Source of the DNA: Psilocybe cubensis
Lineage: Eukaryota
Direction of reading: 5' to 3'
DNA: 64,000 nt
NCBI GenBank assembly: GCA_017499595.2
Contig: CM039009.1
Coordinates: forward strand, 744,001-808,000
Under the pieces are notes generated by a model that saw only the letters and a program-made list of their open reading frames with translations, was not told where the DNA came from and ran no database searches. Below are positions 26,503-38,164 of this stretch, one piece after another (the stretch's first letter is position 1; each line of letters opens with the position of its first letter). Position numbers and translations under genes: made by a program.

Positions 26503-26894
26503 GGACTGATGGCCAACCTTTAGGTCATCTTATACTCTCCTGATACAGGAGTCTGATATCGATACAACAACAACTCCTTCAAAGACCTGGATCAAGGTTT
26601 GGAATGGGATTTAATAGCCCAACTGATTGGATAGAAGTTGATATTTCTTATGATATGTACTATGTAGCGTAAGTGGGACTTTATGGTATGCTTCTGGGAC
26701 TCTTATGTTTTTGCATCATTGGCATCACGAGTTCTGTTAGTTTATGTTTTGACTATATTCCATTTTTCATTTGTATCTTGTATCAATCGCATCACTCAAA
26801 TAAAGTGATCATTTTCATTTTTAACCTTTAGATATTGCCACGATTTCATTCAGAAGGCACAGCATGTCCGAGTTTATTTCAAGTTCTACTATTA

Positions 26895-28041
26895 CTATGT
26901 AGCAGAAATGGGATCCGACGCTGACAATCTGTACTCAGGCGGATGCTCGTATACATCTGATTCATCCACGATCTCCACTACCCGCACGCGTCGTGTGCTA
27001 AAATGTCCATCGGGGTTTGCTTCCAGTTCATTGGCAGATTCCTGCCTCGTAACCCTGCTAGGGCCCGAACCGGAATTGGCACGAGAGAATGCGTCTTTTA
27101 ATCGCTCTATGCTACCAACCACGGGGCGTGTCCGTCTCGTAGCATAGTTGGGAGGCTGATAATCAACTTGCCTGTTAACTCTCGTCGCCAAGGCAAAAGG
27201 GCGAGCACGAAGCATGTATTCTTCATTCCTCCTTGCGCGTTTTCGTTTGTAGGAGATTCGGTAACGGTAAAGAGCGGCCAGAATTAATAGAAGTCCAAGA
27301 CCAGCACCGGCAAAAACAAGAGCCTTCTTCAAAGTTCCATCTATGCTGTCATGTTGCTGGGAGGCTGAAACTATGCCTGTAGCTTGGCCGTTGGGTTGAG
27401 AGACGGGTGATTGTAGGATGGGCACCGATAATGTGGAAAGGCTTGATGTCGTTGATAGGGTTGAACCACTGACTGGCGGTGACAGTCCTGGAGATATAAA
27501 GGATGATCCAAAGGCTGGAGGTGTAAAAGAGTGTGTAATGGTCGATCTTGCAATGTCAGATGACGATGTGGAAAGGGATTGGAAAGAGAGGTCCCGTGTT
27601 GATGGCGCCGAAGAAGTAGAAGAGGTAGAGGGTATATTTAGGGAGTCTGTCGTTGGGGGTATCGGCTTTGCTGAATCAGGCTTTACCACTGGTGTCGGTA
27701 TAGCTCCAGGCGGACTGGCAGTCAGATCCTTCGAAAATATTGTCGTTGTAGCCGACAAGACCACCATGGTACGTGGTACCAAGATGTAATACGTCCAATC
27801 AAAAGTCGACAGCTACAATTCGATGTCGATATGTTAGTCTGTTGGCCTGTTGAGCTTGTGTGATTTTCGATTCCACATTGAAAGCGGAAGACACGAGAGG
27901 TACGTACTCCGAAAGAGAGACTATTTGAATTTTTTTTGCCTCTGTTGCGGGATGTTGGATCTTCAAGTTCACCACATTGCGGATGCGTGAAAGGAGAAGA
28001 CGCCGGTAGACATTAGTGAACACATATACAGGTACTTTCAT
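26895..28041 (-). CDS. Ser/Thr/Pro-rich single-pass membrane protein with PPxY motifs in the tail (5' exon uncertain)
   Basis: ORF 26895-27782 has a mucin-like region, TM 'ALVFAGAGLGLLLILAALY', basic stop-transfer 'KRKRARR', and PPNY and PPEY motifs. An acceptor near 27813 implies an upstream exon whose frame is unresolved. Confidence 0.7.
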
Positions 28042-29334
28042 ATGATTGTTGTCCAGTGAGGTGTGATGGGGTAACGATTAACTTCCTTTGATATTCAACT
28101 TGGAGAGATAGAAATGGAGTACAGATGTCTTCTCACCATATCAACGCTTAACTGAGCTGTATGAATTTGCTTGCCCGTCTATGAGAAAGGTTAGTTCATG
28201 GTGCGGCGATATGAATGGAACAGACCAAGTAGTAATAAAAAACATGAAGGAATCATGGATAGTCATCCACATGTACGACAATTTTTATGATAACCTGAGT
28301 AAGTAGGATAAGAAACTTTGCGTTAGCAAAGTAAGGGAAAGGTTCCATCGCAACCTACATGCCCGAGACGTTTTAAAATGCTCCACAAGGAATAAAAATC
28401 CAGGCGCTCAGAACGCAACCTCTGCCCCGCACTCAGCGACGATTCATCAGAGGGACTTGATCCTAGACAGTTGTGAAGAGATGGTCGCAGGTGAGCACCG
28501 CCGTCATGGAGCGCAATTACACACAGCTTATGCTGCATCAGTCCCGCATTAAAGGTCGGTGAAAGGTCATAATAATCGGATATTATCGAGTAGCCCACTG
28601 GTTGTCGTGCTAGGATGCGTTAGTTGTACTACAAAAAAGGAACAAAGGCCTGGGTGAAGAAAGGGATTTAGTAGCACAATGATAGAACTGATCTTTGCTC
28701 ACATGGAATCCTTTGACCGCATGGTATCCATAATCCATTAGTAGACTGTCCATCTCAGTTGAAATCAAGAGAGGTGATCGAGTGTCATTGAACGTTGAAT
28801 GTTGGTTCCGCTCCCGCTTACACTGCCACAATCTCGGCAAAAACCGGCGTGCAACCTAGGGGCCAAAGTTGTGTATTGGACCTCTAACTCGTCCAACCCG
28901 ACCGACATAAACCACACACTCACTGCATTATATTCACAAACCTGTCCTCGAATCATGGGTTTTGTCCGTATAAGCCAATGTACACCGAGCACGACAGCAG
29001 TTCTAAAAACACACCAATCCGTTGTTCAGGAAATCACTGATCTCGACCAACTGATTCGCATGCGTCCATCTCAAGTTTGATTGTTTGACTGAGATAAGGT
29101 GCTGATATCGCGAATCGCGTGAAGAAGAGCACTCGATTCAGCCAAATCGAAGCAGCAAGCCGCAGTTATAAATGACTGTCAAACCGAATAATCAAATCCC
29201 AACCAAGCAATGACTGAGCGCAATGGGACGCATAGTCTGATGGTGATAATTATGCACCTCAGCAGCAATATTAATATATCACATCCGCGTCTATATGATG
29301 GCCATCTCATTTCTTCTCCCAACACTCTTTTGCT

Positions 29335-31911
29335 ATGTATTCAAAGCGCAGGACGGGGCTATGCCTGGTTTTGCTGGTCCTTTGCCTGTCTTCACTCCTT
29401 TCAATCCTTGTCTTTGGCATAGAACCAGCTCTTCGCTTTCTTCTCGACATGAAAAGTAGCATGGAATCTACTTCTTCAAATCTTTCGGAGTCATCGGTGT
29501 CGATAGGAAATGGGGATTACGATCATCGAGATACCTTTGTAAGTTGCTAGACAATTGTAACAGGGTTTGCTAATCCAGCAATTCGAAACCTCTCGTTACC
29601 TGCATTGCTTCTTACTTTATAGCAGAGAGAGGCGTTGTTATTATCCCCACCACTCCGCCTGCATTCCAGACAACTTCTAGGCAACCTCCTTGGTACATCA
29701 AATGATGCAAAGGACGCTACTACATCAGAGCCTTCATCCTCTAAGGACAGCAGCGGCGTCTCTGGCATCTTGAACGCTGCTGCTGCTACTGTATCTGACA
29801 CCACCAACGCGGTAACAAAACCTGTGTCTGATGGTTCAGACCCAGCAAAGGCCGTGGTTTCTGATGCTTCAACAGCCGCAAACGGCATCACTTCAGGTTC
29901 CCAAGGTCCAGCTAAGGGAAATGTGGATAACAACTCCAATGAAGGCTCTTCCAAGGTTTCCGCACCGACCAACAACAATGATAAAGATGCCACTAAGGAT
30001 TCTACAACTGGCAATACTACCAAAGGTGCTTCAGCGGACAATAACGCCGTGTCAGGTCTGTTAGGATCGGCAACGGGTGCTGTATCCAACGGCGTAGCCG
30101 CAGTAAAGGGCATTGCATCAGACACCACAGGAACGACGGAAGGAAAGGACGCCAGTGCACCATCTCCTGGTATTGCCTCTGGCGTTTTGGACACAGCAAA
30201 CAATGCTGCTTCTGACGGCTTAAGTACTGCAAAGGCGACCGCGAACGATCCAAGTGCCGCAAAAGGGGCATCCCAACCCCATAACGTCGTTGATGGTCTT
30301 TTGGGTGCAGCAGCAGGCGTTGCATCTGGAACCGTAGGGGCAGTACAGAATGTCGTCTCAGACACTACAGGCACCGCAAAAGGTGCAATTTCTAGCATAT
30401 CGAAGGCAGCGGCTCCGGCCTCTGATAACAGCATTGTATCCGGCGTGCTAGACACAGGTACGAAGGCCGTCTCTGGTACCCTGAATGCGGCCAGCGGCGT
30501 CATAGAAGATGGTTTAGGTGCCGCGAAAGAGGTCGTTACGGATGGCGTAAGCGCAGTTGGGAACGTTGTCCATGCCGCCGGTTCAGCTGTTGGAAATATC
30601 CTCGCAGACGGGTCAAAGCTTGTCCCAGATGCAACAGGACTCGTAGGAACGGTCTTATCCCAAGCCACTAGTGTGCTTGGGGACGCCACAAGTATCGTCG
30701 GTACCCTTCTCACTCAGGCAACCAGTGTAGTTGGGGATGCTACGAGCATCGTTGGTAGTGTGGCTGGCGATGCTACAAGCATTGTTGGCAGTGTGGCCGG
30801 CGATGCTACTGGCGTTGTGGGCACTGTGGTATCTGATGCCACCAGCATCGCTGGGGAAGCTACTGGCGTTGTGGCCACCGTGGTGTCCCAAGCCACCAGT
30901 AAAGTGTCTAGCGTTATCGTGGGGGCGACAAGTAAAGTAGGCAGCTTGACATCTATTCTAGCGCCGCCCCCTATCCTGACTCCTCCCGTTATCACTTCTA
31001 CTCCGACGGTTTCTCATTCTCATGTCTCTGTAGAAAGCACAAAGATTGTGCCCCCTGGCGATTCTCCAGAGACCACACAAGCACAGACTTCCCAACCTCA
31101 GCAATCTCCCGGTGTTCCCGAGCCAAGTTCTTCAAATGCACCTCCACCTATTGTTACTACCACTCCCCTTCCTCCCTCGGCGTCGACCGAACCGACATTT
31201 GTGTCCATATTCATTGCTTCCTCTTCCGAGTCTTCCACTCCAGAATCGCACATTTCACTAAGCTCGGGACGTTTACTAGCCGCAACAATGTCCAAGTCAA
31301 ACGATCAAACAAATGGCTATACATTGACGATCAATGGGACCCCCTATACAGTGGCACCAACTTCACCTACTGGATCAACTCACCCTGAACCATCTGCCCC
31401 AGGCGGTGGAGGTCCAAATTCTGCGCAAGAAGCCACAAGGAACAGAGTCTTGCTTGGTGTTCTTATTGGATTAGGGATGCTCCTTCTGGCTCTCGTTTGT
31501 ACAGGGATACTATACTATCGCCGTCGCGCCAAGAGGCTGAGGACTCCAGTATACGATTTGGAAAACGAGAAGCATGTTTTCGGAAGACGCGCCAAATTTC
31601 TCTCGGAGCTATCGGGACGCACGTCGAACGTTTATTTTAACTCGACCAGGGGGTCATCAAGGGTTTCAACCGTGCTATCTCAGTCGGACTCTTCTTCCAT
31701 CAGAGAAGAGGACTCAAATGAAGATTGGACGAAACCTGTACTGCAGCATTCGGCGCCTCAGGTCAATTTCGGTATGATATTTTACAATGCTGCTGGACTT
31801 TCTGATGATGGAACGGGTTCGGGTCATACCCACAAGCGATATTCTGATACTCCGTCTGAATCTTCAACTGGGAGCAATGGCGGTGAAAGGCACTACTTCA
31901 CTGCTATTTAA
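29335..31911 (+). CDS. Large mucin-like type I membrane protein with helical 11/7-residue repeats
   Basis: Exon 1 MYSKRRTGLCLVLLVLCLSSLLSILVFG... (signal-like), donor GTAAGT at 29539, acceptor near 29622 in frame with the 758-aa ORF. Ala/Ser/Thr/Gly repeats, Pro/Ser/Thr stalk, TM 'VLLGVLIGLGMLLLALVCTGILYY', then RRR. Confidence 0.82.
30631..30954 (+). repeat. Coding repeat of 33-nt and 21-nt units (ATSIVGSVAGD / ATSVVGD)
   Basis: About 11 consecutive units beginning AT[SG], with lengths 11,7,11,7,11,11,11,7,11,11 residues. Confidence 0.85.
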
Positions 31912-32937
31912 ATACAGCTTTACAGTAATATTATGTCTATTCTTTGTTTTTCGTAGTCGACTTTGGTATGGCTCAGACATTGTATGTAGTAGTCACGTTT
32001 ACCCAACTAGTAGTTTTTGTTACTTCTAGTGTTTAATCTCCTTTTACGGACGGATTTGACGCCATCAACGCAGTACCTGCTCGAGTTGACGACGTAGTTC
32101 TACATTTGTATACCGTGGAGCCCCTACAACTGTTCGCAATACGCTACGCGTCGGTCACCAAACTAAGAGACAATAAATCTTTATGAACATTAGTGCCCGA
32201 AACGCCATGAGGGAGGTTAAATGCCCGCGTCCTATCACTGATCTTCAGCGTGAAATCAAGGTACTCCCGAGCCATGTCAACCAAGGTGTGCGTGCGTGGA
32301 TGAGAAGTTCACTAAGACATTTATAGTTTGCATTGGGTGTGAGAAACGGCTCCTCCTCCTGACATGATGGACGCTTCCTTCTTCCATAAATATGCTCGTT
32401 GCTTACTACCATCTGTTATCGCATTGGTGAAAATGACTTGAAGAAGGTGATGTAATAGTGCGATTTCTTAAATCAACCATCTTCACCCAACCAACCAACA
32501 CATTTTAGTCTCGAATTTATGATACCAACTTCAAGCAACGAAAAAGTACAGTTATTTCAGCTGCTCTGAATAGCGGATGTCAGGCATGGAATGATTCGTT
32601 GTTCCGATCCAGCCAAAGTGGACAGGGGACATCAGAATCAAGTAAATTTGTGCCATGCATGTCCCATTCGGGTGATCTACAAGTGACGAACAGTCATAAA
32701 TCCCGTCTAACTATCCAGGGACCGCTGTCGCCTCATGAATCATCTCAGTTTATATCTCATACGAAACTGCGGACATCCGAAGGCAATACTAATAGCGACA
32801 TTTTCCCGCTTGCCTTCTCTTATTGAATGCTAAACTGCTTGTCTTTGAATCCCTTTCCCCTCAGCCCTCTGGCGTCCTTCGAACTGTGATGCAGCAAACG
32901 GGCCGATTTGTACCCTCAAAGTATCACTGTTAGCTCA

Positions 32938-34093
32938 ATGCTTCATTTGAGTTGTTGTGTTTTTTACCTTACCTTCACTATAGTCGCTCTTTTATTCGTC
33001 GTTGGAGGCACCTCCCTCCTCTTTTTTTACGGCTTTGACGAGCTGAAATTCGGTTATTTGAACGTCGGAAGCGAAGAGTACATCAGGATGATGGAACAGT
33101 TCATTTTGGATGCAACATCGATGGCCACTAGGGAAAAATGCATACATGTTTGTAATCCTGTCTTTCTTTGGAGAATATCCGACTGATCACTCGATAACCT
33201 GCTGTACATGTATTTGTCAAATCTAGAGGAGTAATGCAGTGTCACCACAGGCTGAACGATCTTCGAAAGAAGAGTCTGCTGCAACTTTGGCCTTCCTGGA
33301 TCCCTACTCGCTTCTTAATAAAGTTCCTACGTATACATGTGGTGGAATAATGTGGCGGAGGGATAAAAACTCTGAACATGGTAATAAAGGCAATGGCGGT
33401 CAGAAACCAAAACTTGGGCCGGGAGGACCCGACGACAGCAGCAAGAAAAGCCCACCGAGTCCCAAACTCCCAATGCCACAGAACAATCCACCTATGGGCA
33501 TGCGACCTGATCTACCCGAGATGCCCATTCAAAATAAGCCAAACATTGGTGCAGTGAGCACCCCACATCCAACATCGCCCATAGGTCTGGGTACCCCCGA
33601 TGCAATAGGCGAGACATTATTAACTCATTCGTCTCCTTCTCCGTCAAGTGCGGTGCATGTCACTACAGAGACATCAACCATTGAAGTCGCGCATACTCTT
33701 GTTAATTCCATTCCATCGACGCTCGGAACGTTAGCAAGAACAATAACCTCTCCAGGCCCAACTCAAACTGTGACTGAACGAGTACCACCATCTGAACACA
33801 CCAAAGTTGCAATAGGAGTCGGAGTAGGCATTGGTATTTTTGCGTTTCTGTCGCTTGTGTTTGGCAGCATAATTTTTTTCCGGCGTAGAGGTGCCAGAAT
33901 TCCGTGGGGGAGGTCACCAGGTGTCATTGACCGGGAAAAATCAATATTGGCCTGGACGGAGGCGACTAGGACAACCGATGTGTATTTCCCGTCATCTACA
34001 AGAACTTCTACATGCCCAGATCATGCGCTAGATACGAGCTCTCTTGCGGGGACCAGCGTTACGAATCGATATCATAGTTTTATATACTCCTAA
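32938..34093 (+). CDS. Mucin-like type I membrane protein
   Basis: Exon 1 MLHLSCCVFYLTFTIVALLFVVGG... (signal-like) to 'KCIH', then an intron GTTTGT...CTAG, then RSNAVSPQAER... Pro/Thr-rich region; TM 'VAIGVGVGIGIFAFLSLVFGSIIFF' followed by RRR. Confidence 0.78.
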
Positions 34094-34792
34094 CCAATCT
34101 GACTAATGTCAAGTAGTAAATTGAAAAAATACATCGTCTTGCGTGAATTTTTGCCAAATAAATGATATCCTTGACTGTTGCGTTTAAAATGGTAAATGTT
34201 GTATCATCAAGTCTTATGATACACCGTCGGACCAGGCGATCTTCTGCCTGTGTCGTGTGGGATGATTGAACTTTTTGCAATAAGCGCTCATCGGTGGCAA
34301 TAACTATCTTATCGCTGTACTCATAACTAGTTTGTTATTCCCCAGCATGATTGTTATGACTGGAGCATACGGGTCTGGAGGCAACGTGATGGTTTATTTT
34401 AGGATGTCACCAGCGTTGGCTATTTTTAGGCACACACAACACGGTTACCAGAACCCATATCATTTGCACAGCGACGATGGTGATATTGACACCTGGCTGG
34501 TTTTAATTATATTTCTACAGGTGACATGCCGTTTGGCATATCATATGAAAGAAAACATCCGGCATGTTGTCTCTTCTCACCGTGCGACTCGCATCACAAA
34601 TTTGGAATATGCGCCACAGGGGTCGGTGGTCGCCTGGATTCGAGTATCTAGGTGGAATCATATCAGCTCACAGCCCACCTTCTTTTTCCAGCAATATCTT
34701 GATCAACAGGGATATGGGATATTTATCAATTGAATGGGTTTACCTTGTTTCGTTCTTCCTTCTTCTTTACCACCCCACGAACCGTATGTGTA

Positions 34793-36676
34793 ATGGTTGA
34801 GCGAGCGAGACTCCTCACTGGAATTAGCGTCGGTTTCTTACTCACCATTTGTTTTGCTGTGGCTAGCCTGCAACCTTTTCAGCATTCAAATTGGCTGGTC
34901 CACCACGTTTCGTATGGGGCACTAGAGCTCAATTGCGAACATATTGGAAATGGTTTTCTTGACATAATCTCTGCCTCAGCGCCACGCCGGTTTCTGCGAA
35001 GGGACAATGACAAGTCGAGTGGTGCAGATAATGGAGAGGGGGGGAATGATGATAATAATGGGAAGGACAGCGATAATGGGAAGAGTAATGGAAATGGAAA
35101 AGGAGAAGGTCCCGACGGAAAAGATGGTGACCAAGGACATCCTCCTGACGCTGCAACTCCTGATAACCAGACTGGACCTGCTTCTGCCTCACCTAAATCT
35201 CCTGGGATTTCCTCTCCATCCAGTGGTCCTGCTAGCAACTCTGCGCCTCCTGGAAACAGTTCTGCGCCTCCTGATACTACCACTGGATCTCCTGATACTA
35301 CCACTGGACCACATTCTGATCCTAACCCCGCTAAATCCAAACCTGGCGGCAAACCAAACGAGAAAATTTTTACGAGCACTTCCTCTTCTCTAGCTGCTTC
35401 AAGCACTTCAAGCACAAGTACAACAAGTTCTGAAAGTCAGTTCGATCAGTGAACTACTAATGTAATCGATACTAACACAATTCTTGTCCGGATAATAATA
35501 GCTACCGTTGGCACTACATCGTCTATAACGACGGCGACCACTGCACTCTCTGCATTTACTGTATCATCTGATTCTCCTTCTCCTTCTCCACCCCCACCCC
35601 CTCCACCTCCACCTCCACCTACTTCTAATTCTCCCGATTTTTCCGCAGTTCAAGCTCCAGAAACATCTGCAGCTCAAACTTCAGAGGCTCCTGCAATTCA
35701 AACTCCAGAAACTTCTGCAGTTCAAACTTCAGTGGATCCTGCTGTTCAAACTCAAGAAACTTCTACAATAACGTTTTCTTCCTCATCAGAATCAACACTA
35801 CTGCCTTCTCCAGCGGGCAAAAAAATTGATGAAGCAGCGCCAGCGGCAACAAATACAGGCTATGCATCATCTGCGCAGAATCCCAACTCCATATACTCAG
35901 ACACTGCACGTACGGTGGCCGTTTCTTCTGCCCCGTATCAACCTACTTCTCAGCAAAATTCTGGAACACTAATAAGTGGTCCAACGGAAAGTAGTTCTGC
36001 AATACCCGGCGTGGACGTACCGCAAGGTAAAAATAATCATTCAAAGACTATCGCAATCGCTCTCGGAGCCGTATTTGGTGTTTTATTTCTTTTTGCCATT
36101 GGCTTGTATCTCTTTATCTGGCACCGGCGCTCGCAGTCAAAGAAACGGCGCGTTCAGCGGGATATGGAAGATTTTGATCACCCACAGACTATGGCTGAGC
36201 CCGTATCCAACCCTTTTGAAGGTTTCAATCACCAACAAACTTTTGCTGCGCCTGTATCAAACCCCTTTGAAGATTTCGATCGCGAAGCAACTTTTGCTGC
36301 GCCCGCCGTATCCAACCCTTTTGATGGTGGCGAAAAGATGATTAGCTTGAACAGTGGCGCCTCACCTTATGATCAGCCAACATCGGTTCCAAGGGTCACG
36401 ACGAATCTCTATGTCCCATCGACTATAGATGAAGAAAACACACCACTGTCACAAAGCTTTGATGATTTCTATCAAGTTGATCATCCTACACCGCCAATGA
36501 GAGTAAAGGAGAGTGCTGCAGAGAATCTCATACGGGGTCCACCAGATCAGATACATCACAGGTATGGCATAGATGACTCCAAGGCTATTCGCATCATTGA
36601 CGGGAAACATCACAGTGACTCGGAGGACGATGAGGATAAATTAAGTTGGAATGGAAGGTACCCTATGGCCATATAA
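34793..36676 (+). CDS. Mucin-like type I membrane protein with three cytoplasmic NPF repeats
   Basis: Signal-like MVERARLLTGISVGFLLTICFAVA, then 'FLRRD' and a Gly/Asp/Asn-rich then Ser/Pro-rich region. Intron ~35437-35501 (GTCAGT..CTAAC..TAG) joins ORFs 34730 and 35732. Poly-Pro, 8-aa repeats, TM 'IAIALGAVFGVLFLFAIGLYLFIW'. Confidence 0.82.
35642..35767 (+). repeat. 24-nt coding tandem repeat (SAVQAPET / SAAQTSEA / PAIQTPET / SAVQTSVD / PAVQTQET)
   Basis: Five 8-aa units, visible directly as recurring GC..TCAA(A/G)CT. Confidence 0.75.
36167..36325 (+). repeat. 51/54-nt coding tandem repeat, each unit ending VSNPF
   Basis: EDFDHPQTMAEPVSNPF / EGFNHQQTFAAPVSNPF / EDFDREATFAAPAVSNPF-D. Confidence 0.85.
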
Positions 36677-38164
36677 CAGGGTTATTGGTTTCAGGCTTTA
36701 TTTTTCTTTTTTTTCTGGAGCTTGGCTTGAGGTCACAGAAGAACGAAGATCAGATATTTGTAGTAAATTAGTCCAGGGAAACAAACTCTATGTATTGTAC
36801 TTAACGCCGTGGACGCTTCGAGCGATGTGTTATATCGTCTACGTGTATTTTATTATCAAACTATTGTACTACCATTACATGGTTACTCATACTGACAGCT
36901 CAATGATTTTTGTAAGTGCTTGACAAGCCTGCCAACGAAGGGCAAAAAGGTACTTGTATAATTTCCGAAGTTAACAGGATTGAAATAAGCATAGCCTCCG
37001 AACACTCGATAATTGAACTCTTTATGGACTTGTTTACAGGAACAAGCCTCGGTAATAGCTCCTGTGAAGCAAATTAGACGCTGGGCCTCCGACATCACCA
37101 GTTATCACCTGTCATCAAAAGGAGGTCGAATTGACTGCGGCCTTGACGCAGAAACATCGAAGAGGAGAAAAGGACGAACTTTAGGGTTATTTTTATTGTA
37201 CTGGATCTGGTATACATTATATTTCATGGCCTCAAGTTAAATCCTGAATACAACTTGTGATAGCAACGACTTTGGATTTGAGAAATATGTCGGGTTATTT
37301 TTAGATCACCAGCGAAGTGAGACGCGTTGAAAGCTATTTCCAGCTATTTCGCATATTCCGTAGCCGAACAGACATAGAGACGGTGACCCCGAGCGGTTGG
37401 CACATGTGCAAGCCAGAAAGCAGCTGAAAGTAGCATATTCACAGTAACTTTTGCTTTTTCTCAGCATATCCGAGCTGGAAGCTTAGGCGCTGGGTCCGCA
37501 GAGGCATGCCAGTCGGGAAAGCTCCGCCAATGTTCCGCGACCATGTGATGATCTACATACGACTTCGGTGACGTCAATGGACTTTTTCGCGTTTGCTCGC
37601 TTAAATCAAAGGGATGAGTAAAAGCGCGTCACAGTGTCAGCCTTCGGGACCCAGGAGAGATAGGGGCGAAATCGGAGTCCATATTACCGCTACAGCGACC
37701 GTTGCTCCCGTTTCCTGATTCTACCTGGGCCATGCTGCGATAACGTTAAGAGCTAGCCACCACCATCGTCTGTGAAGTATCGCTGAAAGGAGACCACCGT
37801 TTACACTGCAAGCTACCAGGCCAAAGGGAACGAATTAAAGGCATTACTACGGAACAGACCAGTAACATTATCGAGGTTGCGATACCGGCATAACGAAGGC
37901 CCCACCTAAACCCAGGACCCATCGACTATTTATACCCCAACACCTACGTTTTTCAAGCCCTCTCGATCCTTGGCTTGTCAAATTTCTGTTCGCCCTCATT
38001 GATCCAACGCCACATTCGAGGCGGAAACAAAGATTTAGTATTCTGGTGGAAAGTAAAGTGCTTCGGGATTTCAGCTCTACACACAGGCACACATTCTAGA
38101 ATCTAATTGGCAGCGCAAGGCTGACCGTATACCCACAACTATCCTTTTCTCGACGACAAGGACA

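Noticed and set aside
29547-30995. Long antisense ORFs (388 aa and 93 aa) opposite the mucin-like gene
   Set aside because: Shadow ORFs caused by Ala/Ser/Thr/Gly codon bias and repeats; the + strand has the signal, TM helix and tail.
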